Part shown: piece after piece, positions 29,534 through 38,870 of the stretch | Position numbering within the stretch: the first letter of the stretch is position 1 | Layout of the letters: each line of letters opens with the position of its first letter | Assembly: GCA_017622085.1 (NCBI GenBank) | Contig: JAGARU010000097.1 | Span: 23,956 to 87,955, forward strand | Origin: Clostridia bacterium | GTDB lineage: Bacteria; Bacillota; Clostridia; Oscillospirales; CAG-272 | Length of the DNA stretch: 64,000 bases | Reading direction: 5' to 3' | The notes under the pieces: generated by a model | Told to the model about the DNA's origin: nothing | Database searches by the model: none | What the model saw: only the letters and a program-made list of their open reading frames with translations | Translations under genes and position numbers: made by a program

Positions 29534-30481
29534 GTGAAAAAAATTCACCTGATCAACCCCTGCGCCGGCCACGGTAAGGGCAAAAAAATCCTCGAAAAGC
29601 TGAAGGAAAGCGGTACGGCAGACGAAATCTACGTGCCCAAATCGTCCGAGGACTTTTCTGCTTATATTGCCAAGCGAGCCGCGGAGGAGGAAAACGTTCA
29701 CTTCCAGGTTTACGGCGGTGACGGCACCGTGTACGATACGGTAAACGGCATCATGGCAGCCGAAGACCGTAAAAACGTGTCCTTTGGCGTTACCCGCATG
29801 GGTAGCGGCAACGATTTTGCCCGCAGCTTTGCGGGAGACGAGCCCCGTCCCATCGATTTGATCAAATTCAACGGTCGCTACAGCGCCAATATGCTGAACA
29901 TCGGCTTCGACTGCTCCGTGGCCATGCGCTCGCACCAGTTTAAAAAGAGCCCCATCGTCAGCGGAAGCATGGCGTATATTCTGGGCGTGGTCAGCGAGCT
30001 TGCACACAAAAAGCCCCTGATTACCTCCGTGCGGCTGGAGCTGGCAGACGGTACGGTCAAAACCCTGAACAACCATGCCTTTCTGTTCATTGCCATTGCT
30101 AACGGCCAGTTCTGCGGCGGCGGCTTTAAGGGTGCGCCCGTTGCCTCCACCGACGACGGCCTCCTTGACGTATTGCTGGTGCATGATATGAATCGTCGGG
30201 ACTTTGTCAAGCTGGTGGCTGATTACCGGAATGGCACCCATATCGATCCGGAAACCGGACGGCCGGCAAAAAAATTTGAGGACAGGCTTTTGTATGAAAA
30301 GTGCCGATCCGTCTATATTGACCGATTGGAGCACGTCTGTGCCGACGGTGAGATCCTGCCCGCCCAATCCCTCACGGTCACCGTAGAGCCTACCGCGCTG
30401 GTGTATGCACCCAACCTCGGTTGCCTGCCCGACGACCTCTCCTCCTTGACGGAAGAGAAGGAGCCGGAGCTGATCTCATAA
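29534..30481 (+). CDS. diacylglycerol/lipid kinase family protein (YegS/DagK-like)
   Basis: MKKIHLINPCAGHGKG ... VYGGDGTVYDTVNG (the GGDGT motif). Confidence 0.85.
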   Translation: MKKIHLINPCAGHGKGKKILEKLKESGTADEIYVPKSSEDFSAYIAKRAAEEENVHFQVYGGDGTVYDTVNGIMAAEDRKNVSFGVTRMGSGNDFARSFAGDEPRPIDLIKFNGRYSANMLNIGFDCSVAMRSHQFKKSPIVSGSMAYILGVVSELAHKKPLITSVRLELADGTVKTLNNHAFLFIAIANGQFCGGGFKGAPVASTDDGLLDVLLVHDMNRRDFVKLVADYRNGTHIDPETGRPAKKFEDRLLYEKCRSVYIDRLEHVCADGEILPAQSLTVTVEPTALVYAPNLGCLPDDLSSLTEEKEPELIS

Positions 30482-30747
30482 AAACAAACAGAGCAAGAGT
30501 GGAAGGCTTATCTCCTTTTACTCTTGCTCGTTCTGCTTGTATGGGGCTCAGGCATAGCTCAACCGCATTTGTTCGGTCCTGTGTGACACATGCGCCGTTG
30601 TCCGTTTGCACTGTTTATGGAGATTGCTTGTTGCATAAATTGTGCAAAATAAACCAATTTTCCCTTCAATTGCCACAAATTTGGCCTAAAGTGTTTTATT
30701 TTGCAGAAAAGTGTGTTATTATAGTTTTGAATGGATTTTTGAGAACG

Positions 30748-31179
30748 GTGGTGATACGGTCCGTGCGACATGAAAAATCTTGCGGTGCAGTCATTTTGCA
30801 TCGTAGCGGAAACAGCATGAAGGTTCTTTTGATCAAAAACCGCTCCGGCAACTGGTCCTTCCCCAAGGGTCATGTGGAAAAGGGTGAAACCGAATACGAG
30901 ACCGCCCTTCGCGAGGTAAAGGAGGAGACCTCTCTCTCCGTCGTTCTTGAGGATGGTTTCCGGGAGGAGTCCACGTATCGGATCGGTCGCAATACGGAAA
31001 AGCTGGTGGTTTATTTTTTGGCCTTCTCCGAGACCCTTCACGTAAAGATTCAGTACCAGGAGATCTCCGCTTACAATTGGGTTGACGTTAAGAACGCCGC
31101 CGAGGCCATTTCTTTTGATAACGACCGCCGCATCCTCCAGAATGCGCTGGAGTTTATCGCCCAAAGAGAAGCAAAGTAA
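30748..31179 (+). CDS. NUDIX hydrolase
   Basis: Nudix box GHVEKGETEYETALREVKEETSL. Likely GTG start at 30748, 30751 or 30763. The track's 30421 start would cross the upstream gene and its terminator. Confidence 0.85.
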   Translation: MVIRSVRHEKSCGAVILHRSGNSMKVLLIKNRSGNWSFPKGHVEKGETEYETALREVKEETSLSVVLEDGFREESTYRIGRNTEKLVVYFLAFSETLHVKIQYQEISAYNWVDVKNAAEAISFDNDRRILQNALEFIAQREAK

Positions 31180-31183
31180 AATA

Positions 31184-31220
31184 AGAACACGGAAGCAGAT
31201 TCGCTTCCGTGTTTTTTCTT
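31184..31220. terminator. bidirectional terminator between the NUDIX and hydrolase genes
   Basis: AACACGGAAGC / GCTTCCGTGTT stem with T/A tracts on both sides. Confidence 0.75.
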
Positions 31221-32136
31221 ATTCTTCAACTGTTTCAACCGGTGCAGGGCAGGCCTCAAGAACGAAGGAGACCACGTCCCGGTAGACGGATTCCTTGTCG
31301 GCCTCGTTAAGGATCTCGTGTCGCATCTCCGGGTAGAGGATGGATCGCACGTCGCGGTAGCCCATGTCCTTCATAAACCGAACGGCATCATGGAATTTCT
31401 TGGGTGAGACAATGCAGGGGTCCTTCTCGCCCGCAATAAACAAAACGGGCATGGTCTTGTGCTTCACGTTCCAAAGGCCAGGACGGTATACGTCACGCAT
31501 CAGCCGGAACAGAGTACCAAAGCCCCCGGCCGTAAAGCAGAAGCCGCACAGGGGATCGTTGCGATAGGCCTCGTTTGACTCCTCCACGGTAGAAAGCCAG
31601 GAGAAATTGGGCCCGTAGGAGGAAAAGGCCATTTTGTCAAGGAAGGGCGAGGGATGCTTTTTGCCCTTGAACAAGCCGATCAGATCCGCCAGCAGAATAC
31701 CTGCGCCGGCCGCCGGATTGGAGGAGGGAGAGCCGCAAACGATCAACCGGTCGATCAGCTGGTCGTATTCCTCCGCAAAGCGGCGCACCTCAAGGGAGCC
31801 CATGCTGTGCCCCATCAATACGTAGGGCAGGGAGGGAAAGCGCTCTTTGATAAAATCACAGATCGCCAGAAGATCCCGCCGCAGGGCAGGGTAGCCGCCC
31901 TCCATATAGCCAAGCTCATCCTTTGATAAAATGCTCTCGCCGTGTCCGCGGGTGTCAAAAATAAGGGACGCGATGCCATGCTCCGCCAGATGCTCCATAA
32001 AGGCAAAGTACCGTTCCTTGTGCTCCGCCATGCCGTGTACGATCTGTACGATGGCAACGGGATCACCCTTCGGCAGGCAAAGCGAGCCGTATAGTTCGCG
32101 GGATTCCGCGCGGGATGTCAGTATGATTTTTTCCAT
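31219..32136 (-). CDS. alpha/beta hydrolase (lysophospholipase/monoacylglycerol lipase-like)
   Basis: Nucleophile elbow GHSMGS; HGMAEH ... and C-terminal His region. Confidence 0.8.
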   Translation of the reverse strand: MEKIILTSRAESRELYGSLCLPKGDPVAIVQIVHGMAEHKERYFAFMEHLAEHGIASLIFDTRGHGESILSKDELGYMEGGYPALRRDLLAICDFIKERFPSLPYVLMGHSMGSLEVRRFAEEYDQLIDRLIVCGSPSSNPAAGAGILLADLIGLFKGKKHPSPFLDKMAFSSYGPNFSWLSTVEESNEAYRNDPLCGFCFTAGGFGTLFRLMRDVYRPGLWNVKHKTMPVLFIAGEKDPCIVSPKKFHDAVRFMKDMGYRDVRSILYPEMRHEILNEADKESVYRDVVSFVLEACPAPVETVEE

Positions 32137-32221
32137 AAGAGTCCTTTCCGTCGACCTGAGCCGAGCAAAACAAGCGTTCTTCTGTACTCATCATACCACA
32201 ATTCGGGGGCAAAGCGCAAGA

Positions 32222-34657
32222 TTAAAACGCGAATTCACCGCAACGGATGCGGATCTTTTTGCCCTCCGCCACAATTTTCACCACGTCTCCCGCCCGGATC
32301 TGCCCCGAAAGGATCCCGTCCGAGAGCGGATTTTCCACCCGCCGCACAATGGCACGCCGCAAGGGACGCGCTCCGTTGTCCCGATCGGTGCCCTCGCTTA
32401 TGAGCAGATCTACGGCAGAGTCCTCAAATTGTACCTGAATTCCCACGCGCTGCAGCTTCTCTTCCGTCTCCGCCAGTAGCCGTCGGGCAATTTTCTGCAG
32501 AGCCTCCCGCCCCAGCGGCTGAAAGATCACGGTTTCGTCGATCCGATTCAAAAACTCCGGCCGAAAGGTACGCTTCAGCGCTTGCCTTACCGCCTCATCC
32601 TCCCGCTCTCGCAGGTGAATTTCACTCCCTGCGCCAAACCCGGGCGAAAGACCGCCCGCCCGATCCGCCCCAAGATTCGACGTCAGAATCAGTACGGTGT
32701 TTTTAAAGTCCACCACCCGTCCTTGCGCATCGGTCAGCCGCCCGTCTTCCAGAATCTGCAAAAGCAAACTGAAAAGATCTCCGTGTGCCTTCTCAATTTC
32801 GTCAAACAGTACTACAGCGTACGGGTGACGCCGCACCTGCTCCGTCAGCCGTCCGCCGTCCTCGTACCCCACGTATCCGGGCGGCGCACCGATCAGCTTT
32901 GCCACGCTGTGGGGCTCAGTGTATTCGGACATATCCAGCCGGATCAGCGAGCCCTTTCGATACATGGCCTCCGCCAAAGCACAGGCCAGCTCCGTCTTGC
33001 CTACACCGCTCCGGCCGAGGAACAGAAAAGAGCCCACAGGCCGACGGACATCCTTCAGCCCAGCCCACCCCCGTCGGATGGCGTAAACCACCGCGTCCAC
33101 CGCCTCATCCTGACCGATGATTCGCTCCTTCAGTCGCTCGCCCAAGGTGAGCAGAGCCACATCCTCTCCCGCACCTCCATGCCGTACGGGAATCCCGGTC
33201 CATTGAGCCACCACCGCCTCAATATCCGTTTCCTCCACCGTCGGCATTTTACAGCTCTCATCATCCTTGCCCCGCCGTTCCTCCCGGAGGGCTTTTTCCT
33301 TGTCTCTAAGAATGGCCGCCAGCTCAAAGTCCTGTGCCAGAATGGCCGCTTCCTTTTCCCGCGTGGCCGCGTCGATCTGCTGCTCCAGCACAAAAAGGCT
33401 GGAGTCCTCTCCGTGAGCGCGCAGGCGACAGCGGGATGCCGCCTCGTCCATCAGATCAATGGCCTTGTCGGGCAAAAATCGGTCGGGGATGTATCGCGCC
33501 GAAAGGGAGACCGCCGCCCGGATGGCCTCATCGGTGATCCTCAGCCCGTGATGCGCCTCATACCGGGGGCGTAGTTCCGTCAGGATCGCACACGCACCCG
33601 CCTCATCCGGCTCATCCACCGTAATGGGCTGGAACCGACGCTCCAGTGCCGGATCCTTTTCAATGTACCGCCGATATTCCTCCACGGTGGTGGCACCGAT
33701 CATCTGTACCTCGCTTCGCGCCAGCGCCGGCTTTAAAATGTTGGCCGCATCAATGGCACCCTCTGCCGCACCGGCTCCCACAATGGTGTGGAGCTCATCC
33801 ACAAACAAAACGACCTCCGGGTTTTTTCGAACCTCCGTCAAAATGCCCTTCAACCGATCCTCAAATTCGCCCCGATACTTTGCCCCGGCCACCATGGAGG
33901 AAATGTCCAGAGCCACCAAAACACATCCGCGCAAATTCTCCGGCACTCGTCCCCGGACGATCCGCTCAGCCAAGCCCTCCACCACCGCCGTCTTACCAAC
34001 TCCTGCCGCACCGATCAGACAGGGATTGTTTTTGGTTCGGCGGGATAGAATCTGGATCAGCCGCTCCGTCTCCCGTTCCCGCCCTGTCACCGGATCCAGC
34101 CGCCCTTGCGCGGCCAGCGCCCGAAGGTTCCGTCCGTATTGGGAGAGAAGGGGTGCATTTGGAACAGCCAATTCCATGCCGGGCTTGCTTTTGCTTACAC
34201 GTCCGCCCGGCGCCTTCTCTGTGGTCGCCCGGAGAAGGGCTGTGAGGTCGGCGCATAGCTCCGGTATATCCGCCCCCAAGGCAGAAAGCAGACGGACGGC
34301 CATGCAGTCAAACTCATCCAGCATTGCATCCAGTAAATGCTCCGTCCCAATGGTTGCCCGTCCTTGCTCCAAGGCCGACACCCCGGCATGCTCAATGATC
34401 TTTTTCAGCCTCGGCGTCATATCCGAGGCTGAAACTGTGCTGGGAACCCCCTTGCCGTAGGCCTCCGTCAGCTTTTTTGTGACCCCATCGCAGGAAATTC
34501 CGTGGGCGAGGAGAAATTTGCCCGCCGTCGTGCCCGTGTCGGCCAAAAGCCCCAGGAGCAAATGCTCCGAGCCCACGTAGGAGTGCCCAAGCGCCTTGGC
34601 CGAGGTAAGGGAAGCGCTCAGAGCATTTTGTGCTTTTTGTGTAAATTTTACTGCCAT
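32222..34657 (-). CDS. clpC: ATP-dependent Clp protease ATP-binding subunit ClpC
   Basis: Clp_N repeats, two AAA+ modules (GAAGVGKT, GRSGVGKTE), and a UVR-like linker (ILAQDFELAAILRDKEKALREE). Confidence 0.93.
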   Translation of the reverse strand: MAVKFTQKAQNALSASLTSAKALGHSYVGSEHLLLGLLADTGTTAGKFLLAHGISCDGVTKKLTEAYGKGVPSTVSASDMTPRLKKIIEHAGVSALEQGRATIGTEHLLDAMLDEFDCMAVRLLSALGADIPELCADLTALLRATTEKAPGGRVSKSKPGMELAVPNAPLLSQYGRNLRALAAQGRLDPVTGRERETERLIQILSRRTKNNPCLIGAAGVGKTAVVEGLAERIVRGRVPENLRGCVLVALDISSMVAGAKYRGEFEDRLKGILTEVRKNPEVVLFVDELHTIVGAGAAEGAIDAANILKPALARSEVQMIGATTVEEYRRYIEKDPALERRFQPITVDEPDEAGACAILTELRPRYEAHHGLRITDEAIRAAVSLSARYIPDRFLPDKAIDLMDEAASRCRLRAHGEDSSLFVLEQQIDAATREKEAAILAQDFELAAILRDKEKALREERRGKDDESCKMPTVEETDIEAVVAQWTGIPVRHGGAGEDVALLTLGERLKERIIGQDEAVDAVVYAIRRGWAGLKDVRRPVGSFLFLGRSGVGKTELACALAEAMYRKGSLIRLDMSEYTEPHSVAKLIGAPPGYVGYEDGGRLTEQVRRHPYAVVLFDEIEKAHGDLFSLLLQILEDGRLTDAQGRVVDFKNTVLILTSNLGADRAGGLSPGFGAGSEIHLREREDEAVRQALKRTFRPEFLNRIDETVIFQPLGREALQKIARRLLAETEEKLQRVGIQVQFEDSAVDLLISEGTDRDNGARPLRRAIVRRVENPLSDGILSGQIRAGDVVKIVAEGKKIRIRCGEFAF

Positions 34658-34717
34658 ACTATACCGCCCGCATCAAGATTCCTTTCCATCATATCCCAAG
34701 GAATGGGGTTTTATTCT

Positions 34718-35245
34718 CTATTTGCTGTCGCGGAGCAATTTTTCGTAGTCCTCGGCGATCCGTCGCCGCACGGGTAGAGTCAGCCGCCCGTCGGGTGTAA
34801 ATCCCGCCTTTTCCTGAAACTCTACCACCGCCGCGCGGGTGGGCTCGTCGTACTGCCCGGTCACTGCAAGCCCGTCGGATAACCCGTAATTGCCCCCCAA
34901 AGCAGAGAGCATGATCTGCAAAATGCGGATGTAAGAGTCCTCCAGTCCGGAGGAGACGTATTCATACACCGGCGGATGCAGTTGGGATGAGACTGTCGGG
35001 TGGATAAAATCCGTCAGAACGGCTCCTTCTCCTTGCAAAAGCACCCATGTTCTCAGATCAACCACCCCGTCGGGCTCAAGGCCAAAGTCCGTCTGGAACT
35101 CCCGAACCGCTGTGCGGGTGTTTGTGCCGTAAATTCCGTCCACGGGAATCAAAGCAGCCCCGGACAGATAATAGGCGCGATCCCGCAGAATCTCTTGCAC
35201 CTGCCGTACCGCCGCCCCCTCGTCGCTGAATAAAAAATAGGCCAT
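34718..35245 (-). CDS. protein with two peptidoglycan-binding (PGB1) repeats, no signal peptide
   Basis: VRQVQEILR ... DGIYGTNTRTAVREFQTDFGLEPDGVVDLRTW and a second repeat, GQYDEPTRAAVVEFQEKAGFTPDG. Confidence 0.75.
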   Translation of the reverse strand: MAYFLFSDEGAAVRQVQEILRDRAYYLSGAALIPVDGIYGTNTRTAVREFQTDFGLEPDGVVDLRTWVLLQGEGAVLTDFIHPTVSSQLHPPVYEYVSSGLEDSYIRILQIMLSALGGNYGLSDGLAVTGQYDEPTRAAVVEFQEKAGFTPDGRLTLPVRRRIAEDYEKLLRDSK

Positions 35246-35254
35246 AGCTCCTCC

Positions 35255-36652
35255 TTACCGAATGTCGTAGCCGGGATATTGTCCCGTGGAGGTCTGCGCG
35301 CCCCCGTAAAGATCCCGATAGGTGGCGGCAATGGAGTTCCAGAGGGTGGAGCCCACAAAGCCGGTGGGCGTCAGGCCGAAGACGGATTCGTAAGCCGATA
35401 CCGCTCGCTCCGTTGCCGGCCCGAATACCCCGTCCACCTCCACCTTTGGGATCTGGGTGTAGGTGTTTGAAATAAAGTTCAGATACGTCTGCAGGGTGCG
35501 CACCGGCTCGCCCCGGGAGCCGTTCCGCAAGGGATAACCGGGGTAGACCTCCGTCACCCCATCCAAATAGCCCGGGGGCAGGGAATCCACAATGCCCCGG
35601 TACGCCCGATACAGAGTGTCCCACGTGCGGGTGTCCACCACCCCCGTCTCGGGCAGGGCGTAAATGTTCTGAAAGACCCGCACGGCCCGTTCCGTTGCCG
35701 GCCCGAAGATCCCGTCAATGATCAGGGCGGGGATGGCGCTGTTGTAAAGAGACAGAAAGCTCAGGAAAAACTGCAGCTCCCGTACCCCATCGGAGGTACT
35801 TCCCTCCGATAGCTCCGTATCGAAAATCGGCGTTACGTCGGTGACGGAAATTCCCTCCGAGGAGAGGTCGCTGATTTTTTTTACCGCAAAGTAGATCCGC
35901 TGGATGCTGTACCACGTGGCCTTGCCCACAATGCCGTCGGGATCCAAGGAGAATATCCGCTGGAATTCCCGCACCGCTTCCTCAGTTTCCGGTCCAAAAA
36001 TACCGTCCGCGTTACGGATCTTGGGAATGGACGGGTAGTTTTTGGAGATGCGATTCAGTCGGATCTGAACCTGCCGTACGTCATCTCCCACCACCCCAAG
36101 GTCAAGCAACCGCCCGGGATAGCTCTCTCCCGGCTCTCCTACGGGAGCGTTGCGCACAATACGAATGTTGTCGCCATAGTAATAGCGCAAAATCTCGTAG
36201 GGCGTGTAGCCCTGCCGCGCAAGGGAAACGCTTCCCCATTGGGAGAGCCCCCCGCAGGTGGTGCGCACGCCGTCGCAGTATTGGGCAAAATACGGCTCTA
36301 CGGCGTTGCCCTGGGTCAGATAGTTATCAAAGATCTCATCTACGATTTGGCTTATGTTTTCAAAAATATCACGCCCGTACACAAAGGATTGGTCGGTGGC
36401 GGTGGAGTTTGTAATGTCAAAATTATATCCGCGGGAGCGGTAAAACTCTGTGTAGACCCGATTGAGGGCATAGGAGACCTGGGCGTAAATGTTGGCACGG
36501 AGGGCACTCTCCGGCCAGGTGGGATAAATTTCGCTGGAGGCCACATTTTTTATGTAGTCCGCAAAGGGAACGGTCACATTCTGCGCCGCCGTATCGGGCG
36601 GTCCCAGGTGAACGGTGATGGCCTCCGGTATAATCGGTGTCAGTGGTGGCAT
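35255..36652 (-). CDS. SpoIID/LytB-like N-terminal domain plus three PGB1 repeats, no signal peptide
   Basis: FADYIKNVASSEIYPTWPESALRANIYAQVSYALNRV resembles the SpoIID core motif. Three xVRxLQ...DGxFGPxTxxAVxxFQ repeats follow. Confidence 0.65.
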   Translation of the reverse strand: MPPLTPIIPEAITVHLGPPDTAAQNVTVPFADYIKNVASSEIYPTWPESALRANIYAQVSYALNRVYTEFYRSRGYNFDITNSTATDQSFVYGRDIFENISQIVDEIFDNYLTQGNAVEPYFAQYCDGVRTTCGGLSQWGSVSLARQGYTPYEILRYYYGDNIRIVRNAPVGEPGESYPGRLLDLGVVGDDVRQVQIRLNRISKNYPSIPKIRNADGIFGPETEEAVREFQRIFSLDPDGIVGKATWYSIQRIYFAVKKISDLSSEGISVTDVTPIFDTELSEGSTSDGVRELQFFLSFLSLYNSAIPALIIDGIFGPATERAVRVFQNIYALPETGVVDTRTWDTLYRAYRGIVDSLPPGYLDGVTEVYPGYPLRNGSRGEPVRTLQTYLNFISNTYTQIPKVEVDGVFGPATERAVSAYESVFGLTPTGFVGSTLWNSIAATYRDLYGGAQTSTGQYPGYDIR

Positions 36653-36661
36653 GCCTCCTCC

Positions 36662-37102
36662 TTAAAGCTCGCCGTTCTTCGGCGTGGTCTGCACCCGTGG
36701 CGGAAATTCCGGTGTGGCGGAATCCGGGCTGCCGTACTCAGCCAAAGGAATCAGATCCATGGGCTGAATGGAGGTGACTCCTTCAAAAATCGGCACCTCG
36801 TTCTCCTCCGCATAATAGTATCCGTCTTTTCGCACCGTTACGGAATAGGTGGTGTAGGGTGTCAGCTGTCCCGGCACCTCGGACAGTCCCTCTGCCACCG
36901 TGGGCAAAAGTACACGCGGTGTCTGCCCGGTGGCATCGGTCCGTAGGGAATACAGCACGTATTGATTCTCTGCTTCCCCCTCCGTGCCGTAGATCAGTAC
37001 TTGCGCCCCCTCTAAGGGTAAAGCGCCAAGAGCGGTGGTAACTGTTACCAAAAGCCGCCCAAAATGTTCATTCTGTGCTTCCAAAACAAAAACCTCCTCC
37101 AT
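36662..37102 (-). CDS. small beta-sandwich (carboxypeptidase-regulatory-like) domain protein
   Basis: GRLLVTVTTALGALPLEGAQVLIYG ... TDATGQTP ... YSVTVRKDGYY pattern. ATG 37102 chosen because the track start 37180 lies inside the wecB terminator hairpin. Confidence 0.5.
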   Translation of the reverse strand: MEEVFVLEAQNEHFGRLLVTVTTALGALPLEGAQVLIYGTEGEAENQYVLYSLRTDATGQTPRVLLPTVAEGLSEVPGQLTPYTTYSVTVRKDGYYYAEENEVPIFEGVTSIQPMDLIPLAEYGSPDSATPEFPPRVQTTPKNGEL

Positions 37103-37142
37103 GGTGTTTGTTCCATTATATGCACCCGACAGCCTCCATGCC

Positions 37143-37178
37143 AAAAGAAAAAGCGGCGACCCCGAATAGGGTCGCCGC
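37143..37178 (-). terminator. rho-independent terminator of wecB
   Basis: Reverse strand GCGGCGACCC / GGGTCGCCGC stem followed by TTTTTCTTTT. Confidence 0.8.
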
Positions 37179-37186
37179 ATGGCGTT

Positions 37187-38305
37187 TTATTTTGCTAAGG
37201 ATGCAAGAATGTCCGCGATCCGCTCGCTGGCATGGCCGTCGCCGTAAGGGTTGACTGCCCGTGCCATGGTGCCGTAGACCTCGGCATCGTCGAGGAGTCG
37301 GGCGGTCTCCCGCACGACCGTGTCGATGTCCGTTCCCACGATCTTTACCGTGCCGGCCTCCACCGCCTCCGGCCGTTCCGTCTCCTCGCGGAGCACCAGC
37401 ACCGGCTTGCCAAGGGAGGGAGCCTCCTCCTGAATTCCGCCGGAATCCGTCAGAATGCAGTAAGAGCGCTGCATCAGATTGTGCATATCCGTCAAGTCCA
37501 CCGGGTCGGTCAGCACGATCCGCTCCTGTCCCGCCAGCAGCGGGATCACCGTGTTGCGAACGGCGGGGGAGGGATGCACCGGGTAGATGAACACCACGTC
37601 CGGATACTTGTCGCGGAGCGCCAGCACCGCACGGCAGATCCGCTCAATGCCGCCGTTCTGATTTTCTCTGCGGTGAGCGGTCATGGCAATGTAACGCCGT
37701 CCGTCGCTGAAGTCCAGTGCGCGCAGATCCTCGCTGTGGAACGCATAATTCTCACTTACCGTATACCGGAAGGTGTCCAGCACCGTGTTTCCCGTTACGT
37801 ATACGTTTTCCGTAACGCCCTCTGCCGCCAGATTCCGACGGTTCTTTTCCGTGGGGGCAAAGTGATAGGTGGCCAGCTTTCCGGTCAGATTGCGGTTCAT
37901 CTCCTCGGGATAAGGGGAGTAGCGGTCGTAGGTGCGCAGACCGGCCTCTACGTGACCCACGGGGATCTTGTGGTAAAAGGCAGAAAGCGCGGCGGCAAAG
38001 CTGGTGGAGGTGTCGCCGTGTACCAGCAAAACGTCGGGTGCGCATTCGTTCAGAATCTTATCCATACCGAGGAGAATGTCGGAGGTAATGGAGGAAAGGG
38101 TCTGGGAGGGCTTCATAATGTTCAGATCGTAGTCTGCCTTAACCCCGAAAAATTCATTTACACCGTCCAAAAGTTCCCGGTGCTGAGCAGTTAAGAGTAC
38201 AATGCTCTCAATGTCCTCCCGCGCCTCCAGCTCCCGAACCAAGGGGCACATTTTAATGGCCTCCGGACGGGTACCGTATACGCTCATTACTTTCAGCTTC
38301 TTCAT
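37187..38305 (-). CDS. wecB: UDP-N-acetylglucosamine 2-epimerase (non-hydrolysing)
   Basis: MKKLKVMSVYGTRPEAIKMCPLV ... HVEAGLRT ... DSGGIQEEAPSLGKPVLVLR. ATG 38305 overlaps the mrnC stop (ATGA). Confidence 0.92.
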   Translation of the reverse strand: MKKLKVMSVYGTRPEAIKMCPLVRELEAREDIESIVLLTAQHRELLDGVNEFFGVKADYDLNIMKPSQTLSSITSDILLGMDKILNECAPDVLLVHGDTSTSFAAALSAFYHKIPVGHVEAGLRTYDRYSPYPEEMNRNLTGKLATYHFAPTEKNRRNLAAEGVTENVYVTGNTVLDTFRYTVSENYAFHSEDLRALDFSDGRRYIAMTAHRRENQNGGIERICRAVLALRDKYPDVVFIYPVHPSPAVRNTVIPLLAGQERIVLTDPVDLTDMHNLMQRSYCILTDSGGIQEEAPSLGKPVLVLREETERPEAVEAGTVKIVGTDIDTVVRETARLLDDAEVYGTMARAVNPYGDGHASERIADILASLAK

Positions 38306-38703
38306 AGCTCCTCCTGTTGCTCGGCCAGACGGGCGATCTCCTCGCCGTACGCGGCGCGGAACAGCTCGTCGATCCGTTGGATGTCGTTTTTCAAATGTAA
38401 ATAGCCAAACAGGCACTCAAAGCCCGTGGCACGCTTGTATTCGTTTAAGGTCGCGCTCTTCGGCGGGGTCAGGTGGGAATTTTTTCCCCGCTTGAATACG
38501 TCGGTCTCCTCCTCCGTCAGAAGGGGAAGGATCACCTTGACCGCCTCGCTTTGCCGTTGGGCGGTGACAAAGGAAAGCGCCACACGGTTCAGGGCGGCCG
38601 ATCGGGTCAGCCGATGGGTCACAAGATACTCTCGCACCTTAACCTCAAGCACCGCATCCCCAAGATAGGCCAGTGCCTGGGATGTCATCTGATAAGCGTC
38701 CAT
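38302..38703 (-). CDS. mrnC: mini-ribonuclease III
   Basis: LAYLGDAVLEVKVREYL ... RGKN ... ATGFECLFGYLHL; 133 aa. Confidence 0.9.
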   Translation of the reverse strand: MDAYQMTSQALAYLGDAVLEVKVREYLVTHRLTRSAALNRVALSFVTAQRQSEAVKVILPLLTEEETDVFKRGKNSHLTPPKSATLNEYKRATGFECLFGYLHLKNDIQRIDELFRAAYGEEIARLAEQQEEL

Positions 38704-38870
38704 ACTACCACCCTTTCTGCCCGTTGACCGTCCCGCGGGTCACAGACCCGAGTACGGCGGAATTCTTAACAAGTATACCATAAAAAAGCAGGAATAGCAA
38801 CATAAAAACTTGAAATCTTAGGCCAGCTGTGGTAGAATAAAAGAGGAAACCATCTGTAGCGGAGGGAATT

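Noticed and set aside
30421-30747. N-terminal 109-codon extension of the NUDIX ORF as listed in the track
   Set aside because: It would start inside the upstream lipid-kinase gene and read through that gene's terminator hairpin and an AT-rich promoter-like region. The Nudix fold begins near 30763.
34658-34717. CtsR operator upstream of clpC
   Set aside because: I looked for a GGTCAAA direct repeat upstream of clpC and found none in the 60-nt gap. Only a short hairpin (ATTCCTT...AAGGAAT) is present. No ctsR/mcsA/mcsB genes precede clpC here.
37103-37180. Upstream start (37180) for the small beta-sandwich protein
   Set aside because: The extra codons are encoded by the wecB terminator hairpin (GCGGCGACCC...GGGTCGCCGC plus T-tract).
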